64,000 nucleotides of DNA from Salisapilia sapeloensis CBS 127946 (Eukaryota > Protista > Oomycota): assembly GCA_023334545.1 (NCBI GenBank), contig JAADVB010000043.1, positions 1 through 64,000 of the forward strand, in the 5' to 3' direction. The translations under genes were made by a program, and so were the position numbers. Of this stretch, positions 58,501 through 64,000 are shown piece after piece. Numbering within the stretch: the stretch's first letter is position 1; each line of letters starts with the position of its first letter. The notes below the pieces were generated by a model. That model did not search any database and was not told the origin of the DNA. It saw only the letters and a program-made list of their open reading frames with translations.

Positions 58501-61500
58501 ATAGTCGAGTCGTAATATTGGATGAGCCGACGTCAGGCATGGATCCGTACACAAGGCGCTCGATTTGGCCAATGATCCGATCAAGCCGCCGTGGTAGAGT
58601 CATCATTTTAACGACGCACTTTATGGATGAAGCTGAAGTTCTAGGTGACCGCATTGCTATTCTAGCAGAAGGTGAACTCAAGTGTGCAGGATCTGTATTC
58701 TTTCTGAAAAAGTGTTTCGATGCTGGTTACCGTCTTTCGTTCGTCCAAAGCAGCGAATCAGTCGGATCAAATGCCGACATGCTACGGGATCTTGTCCTGA
58801 CTCACGTCGAAGGATCCAAGCTCATGACTTGTGTTGGCACTGAAGTTTCTTTCCATTTGCCATTCGACGCCACTCATTCATTTGCTCATTTGTTTCAAGA
58901 AATTGAAAAGCGACAAACGGAGTTAGGCATCCTGTCGTTTGCCATCTCGGTCACGACGCTAGAAGAGATCTTTGTGAAAGTTGCGAGCGGTAATGCAAGT
59001 GTTGACGGAATGGCAGAAGAGTGGGATGAAAAAGAGAAGATCAATTCAGATGATGGACCACGTGATGGCTTGGATATGTCTTCTCCCGACACTACACTTA
59101 AAAATGACCGTCACATGCCGAGTATAAAACTATGCAGGTTTACTACTCAACTACACGCTTTGATCCTCAAACGGATTCGATACGCACGAAGAGATTTGAG
59201 AATGTTTCTATTTGGCATGTTCCTACCAACTATTGTTATGGTAGTTGGTGTCTGTGCGCTCAATATGAACATTTTGACCAAGAACGATGTCAAACTACCG
59301 ATGGCGATTGGAGACCAGTTTCAATTGGAGGCTCGTGAGTCTATTCCTTTTGCTTGTACTGGTAACAGTGGCATGGATGGCTGGTGTGAAAGTCTATTCG
59401 AACCGGCCTACTTTCATGGTGGCGATCCAGAGAGAGTGGAGATGCCATCAAAGGTATATAGCGGGTATAAAGACCCTTCTGTCTTTGGAGTAAACATCAT
59501 GGACTATTCTATGCCGATAAACGATACGCTGGGGTATTGTGTTCGCTTTGGTGAGCTGTTTTTAGATCGAAGCCTCGGCATCGAGCCGTCTGAAGACGAT
59601 GTTGCTGCGAAGTATGGACAACAAGCGGGGTTCTTGGTCTATGGATCTGCGAACGAACGCATTTTATCGTATAACATGATCGTAAACACATCAGAGGATC
59701 ATACAGCACCTTCTTACAAGGCAGTGATGGATCAGTCCATTCACCGGTTCTTACTTTCCCGAGCTTCCCCGACGAATGCTATTCAGAGTAACGTGACGGT
59801 GAAAGTTGCGAGCTATCCATTCCCACTGACATTTAAAGCCCGGAGCGCTTTTAACTCTATTGTCATTCTACCCATGGTCCTTCTAACCGTTACATCCTTC
59901 ACGCTAGTCACTGGTGCGCTGATGCCTTTCATAGTCAAGGAAAAGTATCATGAGCAGAATGCAAAGCATTTACAGCTACTATCTGGAATGCATTTGACAG
60001 CCTATTGGTTAGCAAATTGGGTCGTGGACTTTGTCATCTACCTCTTCCCCATGGCAGCTGCGCTCATTACGCTGCGCGTATCTAACATCACAAAGAGCAT
60101 GATGACACCTCGTCTTGATGAAGACGTGTGCAGTGGATGCACCGAAAACGTCCCGTCAGCAGTGATGGTGCTCATGCTATTGTTTGGTGCAGCCGTCGTC
60201 CCATGGACGTACGTTCTCTCTCAGTATATGAAAGATCCTGGACCTACGTTCATCTATACTTCCATTGTCGCCGTCCTCGCCAGTATCCTTCCACTAAGCG
60301 TAGCATTCGTCATGGGTTTATTCGATTCCACCAAAGCTATTGGCGATGTGTTGGTCATGGTATATCGTTTATCCCCTCTTTTTGCATTCGGCAATGGACT
60401 GATCAATCTCGTCTTGGCGGATATCACGGCGATATTCGGAATAACCTTTACGACTAAGAATGCTTTCTCTCTTGAGATTGCAGGTACGGATATGCTTTAT
60501 CTTGGACTGGAAGCGCCGATCTACTTTGCAATGACAATCTACATGGACAAAGTAAATCTGAAAGAAATTCCGTCAATTCAAGAATGGATTCTTTCGTTCA
60601 TCAGGTTACCATTGAAACCAACAGAGGTCATGAAAGCGAGTGCTCTCACCAGCTTGGAAAAAAGTGAATTGCCGGATGATTTAGATGTGGCAATCGAGGC
60701 GAATCGAGTATATCAGTCGAGTGCTCAGATTGTCATTGGCAATGGCGAGACGAAGGATGACATTGTCCAGTTTCAAAGCTTACGGAAGGTGTATCCGAGT
60801 GGAAAAGAGGCCGTGAAAGGACTATCATTCGGTCTTAAAAAAGGAGAGTGCTTTGGCTTCCTTGGTACTAACGGTGCTGGCAAGACGACAACAATGAAGA
60901 TGCTAACGGGCGACTTACTTCCGACGTCTGGTACCGCGTTGCTTGCAGGTCGAGACATCATCTCTGAGCGTAGAAAAGTGAGGCAACAGATCGGTTACTG
61001 CCCACAGTTTGATGCCCACTTGGACTTGTTGACCGTGCTTGAGCACTTGCACTTGTACAGCAGTCTCAAAGGCTTACGTGGTGACTTCCATCAGCAAGAA
61101 GTAGATCGCGTTCTTCATAAACTAGGTCTTCAATCCTTTGCAAACAAACTCGCAGGTAGCTTGAGTGGTGGCAACAAGCGCAAGCTGTCCGTGGCGATTG
61201 CCATGCTAGGTGAACCACCAATGCTATTTCTGGACGAACCATCGACCGGCGTGGATCCATTCTCCCGTCGATTCTTGTGGGACGTCATTTTGGACGTTTC
61301 GACAAGGTCAAAGCGCTCGACTGTCATGCTCACGACGCACTCAATGGAAGAATGCGAAGCTGTATGCGGTCGTGTGGGTATTATGACTGGCGGTCGATTG
61401 CGGTGCTTTGGAAGTATTCCCCATCTAAAACACCGATTTGGACGAGGTTTGCTCTTGGAGTGCAAATTCGATCTACCATCGTCACGAGACATCTCAGCTC

Positions 61501-62078
61501 TGGTCGGTAAAGTCCAGTTGTTTATCAGCGAAGAGAGCTGGACACACGTGTCGTGTTTAACATTGTCTCATGTATGCCTCTTCTTGGGCAAAGAAGAGAG
61601 AGCAGCATGGATATTGGAGCCTGGTTTGCACCACGCAACAGGCTCTGTCGTTCGAGATCAGATGGAACGAAATGGAGATGTACTTGACTTGGAGCAATTC
61701 TGCCGCTGGTGGCTCCTAGAAGACCGTATTGAAAACCTTTCCCAGTTTCTAAAAACCTGTCAAGGTGGTGTCCCGACCGAGATCAAGTTACTCGATCGAC
61801 AGTCTGACTTTTGTCGATGGCAAATGTCTCCGATGGATGGAGAAAGCACGGATGTGAAAGTGGATGAGGGTCGACCTGGAGACGGTAGCATCAGTCCGAA
61901 GCTCATAACGACAAGTGCGTGTCGGAAATTACAGATTTCCACCGTGTTTGAATCTCTGGATGCTGCCAAGGTGGATCTCGGATTGAAAGAATACTGCTTA
62001 TCTCACACGACGTTGGAGCAGATTTTCCAGTCCTTGGCGAGTAGCATGGACAGTAGCACGCAAGACCAGACGGTATAA
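55581..62078 (+). CDS. Full-length ABCA-family transporter, intronless, 2165 aa
   Basis: ABCA-type KNWIVKKRH N-terminus, two large exoplasmic domains with TMDs, NBD1 GHNGAGKTT/LSGGMQRR/ILDEPTSG, NBD2 GTNGAGKTT/LSGGNKRK/FLDEPSTG, TTLEEIF and TTLEQIF motifs. Confidence 0.96.
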   Translation: MVDETGDEEEVIASPPRGPAKLSSKSTASSGCGVLFALLRKNWIVKKRHPYATLLELTAPLICILLFSILKTVNNPTHVPTGWSNTLSADSNSVDGTSWPLNLQTSMKEMVDNKLNTFGIVADERPNYSMINPSDNTASGIGSLSEIAKSPYAMMSFLSSLEIPNFYFTEPTMTGLMLNMALSSVKEAQNLNGISNEDLVMCFVQTVLFGHTRVPSQDDGIGRNDDVPKECHDRVIPYKIGIAPDTPYTRNYFSKLLEMWYPSIPLLPLVYGISPLSSPSFETSRIFFANESALEDYVTSTSYGEDIYHPRLYAALVFNDFPDGTSAPIGDIQGHPISYSIRMNSSSEDGSGMYKVPRTLDVISFGENPLRRSLKPGRLRSYSITGFMTLQTAVSRFLNCMPDWDPATQSTTGSCQISESTSTSGATLENGQDLDTRLLQQIENDTVVQSVIGAMTSLQKFMKVAKAAGVIEDIPGMKISFVEASLDMNLSIADMPAQSKDQLLQSFRQAPQPYHGAGIFVSPVEAYDDVAFFGHLLTVFPLGFLVSYLYALARMIDAFVSEKETHSKDLQRIIGAPNAYITFSWLITYTPIILAASLVQTMFSKLLLFTNSDFGLLLAFHASFYSCTCAFSYFISALFERTRTATVVGLAVYVITFFISFFYQETTGEMIRTVSCVFPPMSLFQAELILALSEEVSMGMTIQTMSSKVYNFRFSSSIYMQVFDTIFYFLLAILVDHIMHHRTGITRHLRHMLLGANLETRLAKFQSATIHTKQDSKLQNEELEAVQHTSVNLSPNNETPFIEPLDASDFKQQEEDGRAVTISNLRKEFSVPGGKKVAVQGLWLNLYEGQITCLLGHNGAGKTTLLSMLTGVTTPTSGDAKVNGYSVANDMANVRISLGYCPQHSVLYGELTVEEHLTFYARIKKIPEENNVAKEAIETKMKEVGLMEKRNVAASALSGGMQRRLSLAIALLGDSRVVILDEPTSGMDPYTRRSIWPMIRSSRRGRVIILTTHFMDEAEVLGDRIAILAEGELKCAGSVFFLKKCFDAGYRLSFVQSSESVGSNADMLRDLVLTHVEGSKLMTCVGTEVSFHLPFDATHSFAHLFQEIEKRQTELGILSFAISVTTLEEIFVKVASGNASVDGMAEEWDEKEKINSDDGPRDGLDMSSPDTTLKNDRHMPSIKLCRFTTQLHALILKRIRYARRDLRMFLFGMFLPTIVMVVGVCALNMNILTKNDVKLPMAIGDQFQLEARESIPFACTGNSGMDGWCESLFEPAYFHGGDPERVEMPSKVYSGYKDPSVFGVNIMDYSMPINDTLGYCVRFGELFLDRSLGIEPSEDDVAAKYGQQAGFLVYGSANERILSYNMIVNTSEDHTAPSYKAVMDQSIHRFLLSRASPTNAIQSNVTVKVASYPFPLTFKARSAFNSIVILPMVLLTVTSFTLVTGALMPFIVKEKYHEQNAKHLQLLSGMHLTAYWLANWVVDFVIYLFPMAAALITLRVSNITKSMMTPRLDEDVCSGCTENVPSAVMVLMLLFGAAVVPWTYVLSQYMKDPGPTFIYTSIVAVLASILPLSVAFVMGLFDSTKAIGDVLVMVYRLSPLFAFGNGLINLVLADITAIFGITFTTKNAFSLEIAGTDMLYLGLEAPIYFAMTIYMDKVNLKEIPSIQEWILSFIRLPLKPTEVMKASALTSLEKSELPDDLDVAIEANRVYQSSAQIVIGNGETKDDIVQFQSLRKVYPSGKEAVKGLSFGLKKGECFGFLGTNGAGKTTTMKMLTGDLLPTSGTALLAGRDIISERRKVRQQIGYCPQFDAHLDLLTVLEHLHLYSSLKGLRGDFHQQEVDRVLHKLGLQSFANKLAGSLSGGNKRKLSVAIAMLGEPPMLFLDEPSTGVDPFSRRFLWDVILDVSTRSKRSTVMLTTHSMEECEAVCGRVGIMTGGRLRCFGSIPHLKHRFGRGLLLECKFDLPSSRDISALVGKVQLFISEESWTHVSCLTLSHVCLFLGKEERAAWILEPGLHHATGSVVRDQMERNGDVLDLEQFCRWWLLEDRIENLSQFLKTCQGGVPTEIKLLDRQSDFCRWQMSPMDGESTDVKVDEGRPGDGSISPKLITTSACRKLQISTVFESLDAAKVDLGLKEYCLSHTTLEQIFQSLASSMDSSTQDQTV

Positions 62079-62162
62079 CATTTACTTTTACAATAGCTTA
62101 CAGATATGAAAGAGACGCATATCAATAGAATAGCACTTCTATTGCATTACGTTGTGCCACAG

Positions 62163-62822
62163 TTACTTGTAGACGCGTGTTTGCACATCGAATTGGATAT
62201 CGATGACGTCTTGAATGCCTGCCGATAGTTTCGAGTTGGGGAACACTGGACCGACACCTGCTGGCGTCCCAGTGATGATCACATCACCTTCCTCCAACGT
62301 CATAATCTTGCTCAGATAAGAGATCAAGAATGGGATCTTGTGCACCATATCACTTGTGTTGCCATTTTGACGCAATTCGTCATCGACTTTCAACCACAAG
62401 TTAAGGTTGTGTGGGTCCTCTATCTTGTCCTTGGAGATCATGTCGCTGATCGGAGTGAACGTGTCGTATCCCTTAGCATGTGCCCACGGCAAACCACCTT
62501 GTTTCGCCTTCGCTTGGATATCTCGAGCCGTCATGTCGATTGCAAGCACATACCCAGCGACGAGATCCATACTATCCTTCTCACTCACATCCTTTGACGT
62601 TTCACTGATCACCACACCGAGCTCAACTTCATGATGCACTTCACCGATCCCAGGCGGTAGAAGTACACATCCATTATTCTTGACATAGCTCGAGGTCGGC
62701 TTCAAAAAGAACACGGGGTCCTTCGGAGCAGCCTTTGCACCCATCTCCTTGGCGTGTGCCTCATAATTTTTGCCAATAGCCAGCACCTTCTTGCCAACGT
62801 CAAGCAACTTGCTCCCGCTCAT
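62163..62822 (-). CDS. FAHD1: Fumarylacetoacetate hydrolase domain protein (acylpyruvase/oxaloacetate decarboxylase)
   Basis: AIGKNYEAHAKEM, FFLKPTSS, HHEVELGVVI, DMTARDIQ, AKGYDTF, GDVIITGTPAG. Confidence 0.93.
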   Translation of the reverse strand: MSGSKLLDVGKKVLAIGKNYEAHAKEMGAKAAPKDPVFFLKPTSSYVKNNGCVLLPPGIGEVHHEVELGVVISETSKDVSEKDSMDLVAGYVLAIDMTARDIQAKAKQGGLPWAHAKGYDTFTPISDMISKDKIEDPHNLNLWLKVDDELRQNGNTSDMVHKIPFLISYLSKIMTLEEGDVIITGTPAGVGPVFPNSKLSAGIQDVIDIQFDVQTRVYK

Positions 62823-62887
62823 CTTGTCGTCTCCCTGTCGTACGCCACTAGGACGCGTCTCTGTGTGTCCATCTGTCGAGGAATTAA

Positions 62888-62902
62888 CCAATCAATGACG
62901 TC
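62888..62902 (+). promoter_or_regulatory. CCAAT plus TGACGTC motifs in the FAHD1/next-gene divergent gap
   Basis: CCAAT at 62888-62892 and TGACGTC at 62896-62902, within a 202-bp divergent intergenic region. Confidence 0.3.
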
Positions 62903-63024
62903 GTGCTTGAAGTTCCTTATGACTTAACTTGAGTATGGAATCAATAACTTTTTTGTTACCTATCACCTGCCACTTTTCTCACGAGTGTTCTGGAGCTGAT
63001 TCGACTACTTGCACTAGACGCACG

Positions 63025-64000
63025 ATGCCGCTCGGGGATAAATTAGGCAAGCCCTTTGGTCTTCTTAGTAAACTAGGGAAGAAGAACAAGGAGGACGAGA
63101 CGTCCGATGCGAATCGACACTCGTCCAGCCATCATGCGAGCCGGTACTCGTCTCACGCCAGTTCAGCGTCCCGACATCGGTCCCACGGGACGCAACAAGC
63201 CTACTATCCGTCGGTCACGTACGAAAGAATTACGCCTGGGTCGAATGACTCGCGTCCCCCTCCAGCACCAAAAGCGCCGTCCCCGGCGGAAGTAACGGTA
63301 CGTTACGAGTCTCAGCAAGCGCAAGCTTTTCCGACCTCTTCCTTCCCTCATGCCAACGACAGTCATTCGAACCACTCTTCCCCGAACGTTTTCCCAAGTC
63401 CACAACAAGTATATTACGGGAATAATGCGTCGCCTATGGATCCCATGGCCCAGCAGAGTCAGTCCAAGTTGCCTCCCGTCGCCGAAACACCTCTGCGTCG
63501 TCATATGGACTCGCCGGACTACACCAACCTCCGTCGACGACAGGACGGACAGTTCCCTTCGCCATCCACAGACTCGTCCCACTCGTCGTTGCGATCACCC
63601 AACTTTCCTACCCCCAATGGCGCTGTCGATACTCGGAATAGCGGTCTCGAGAACCGGAATGGAGGTACGCCTGGCTACCATTCCGACGGGTCGACGCCAT
63701 TTTCCGTCGTAATGGAAGAATGGATGAGTCAGCTACGGACGCCGACACCAGATGTGACGCTGCTGCCGTCTCCCTTTGACTTTAACAAGGACACACCGAC
63801 ACCATTGGATCGAGCAGACGACATTCGACGCATCCAAGAAGCTCTGATGCCAACGCCAGAAGACCGGAATAGACAGCCGCCGCCGAATTTGAAGACACCG
63901 CCACCGAACGGACGCCCACTAGTCGATGACATCGCGTCCTTGTGTCACGACCTTCTCTCTCAGAACATTACGCAGCCGCAAGCGAATTACGGACGTAATT
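63025..64000 (+). CDS. 5' part of a gene truncated by the window edge; disordered Ser/Pro-rich N-terminus
   Basis: The frame from ATG 63025 (MPLGDKLGKPFGLLSKLGKKNKED) stays open for 325 codons to the window end. It is absent from the ORF track because it has no stop. Confidence 0.8.
   Translation, partial: MPLGDKLGKPFGLLSKLGKKNKEDETSDANRHSSSHHASRYSSHASSASRHRSHGTQQAYYPSVTYERITPGSNDSRPPPAPKAPSPAEVTVRYESQQAQAFPTSSFPHANDSHSNHSSPNVFPSPQQVYYGNNASPMDPMAQQSQSKLPPVAETPLRRHMDSPDYTNLRRRQDGQFPSPSTDSSHSSLRSPNFPTPNGAVDTRNSGLENRNGGTPGYHSDGSTPFSVVMEEWMSQLRTPTPDVTLLPSPFDFNKDTPTPLDRADDIRRIQEALMPTPEDRNRQPPPNLKTPPPNGRPLVDDIASLCHDLLSQNITQPQANYGRN

Overview
Gene-dense eukaryotic DNA with short GT-AG introns (the well-supported ones are about 54-78 nt) and very short intergenic gaps. 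The gene content (centriolar Sfi1-like protein, delta/zeta-class tubulin, HGGG zinc-repeat protein, CAMTA, Fab1-type PIP kinase with unusual N-terminal domains, full-length ABCA) suggests a flagellated stramenopile, probably an oomycete or relative; this is an inference, not a species call. About 30 protein-coding genes can be modelled by eye. Five AT-richer stretches (1-2.3 kb, 15.7-19.9 kb, 21.4-22.5 kb, 35.7-36.7 kb, 40.3-42.3 kb) could not be resolved and probably hold intron-rich genes or decayed sequence. No rRNA, tRNA, CRISPR array or recognisable transposon was found. The most unusual items are: (1) a five-exon gene fusing a HAD domain that has lost all four catalytic motifs to a bacterial-type YvcK/GlmR domain and a C-terminal membrane anchor; (2) an RGS-RGS-DENN protein; (3) a DysF-PH-Fab1-type PIP kinase; (4) a small secreted protein with an xxLR/acidic/amphipathic layout whose frame continues past its TAG stop; (5) an inverted trio of WCPPC nucleoredoxins; (6) an APRT paralog lacking the catalytic EYG loop. 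All family assignments come from motif recognition without database searches, so novelty is unverified.
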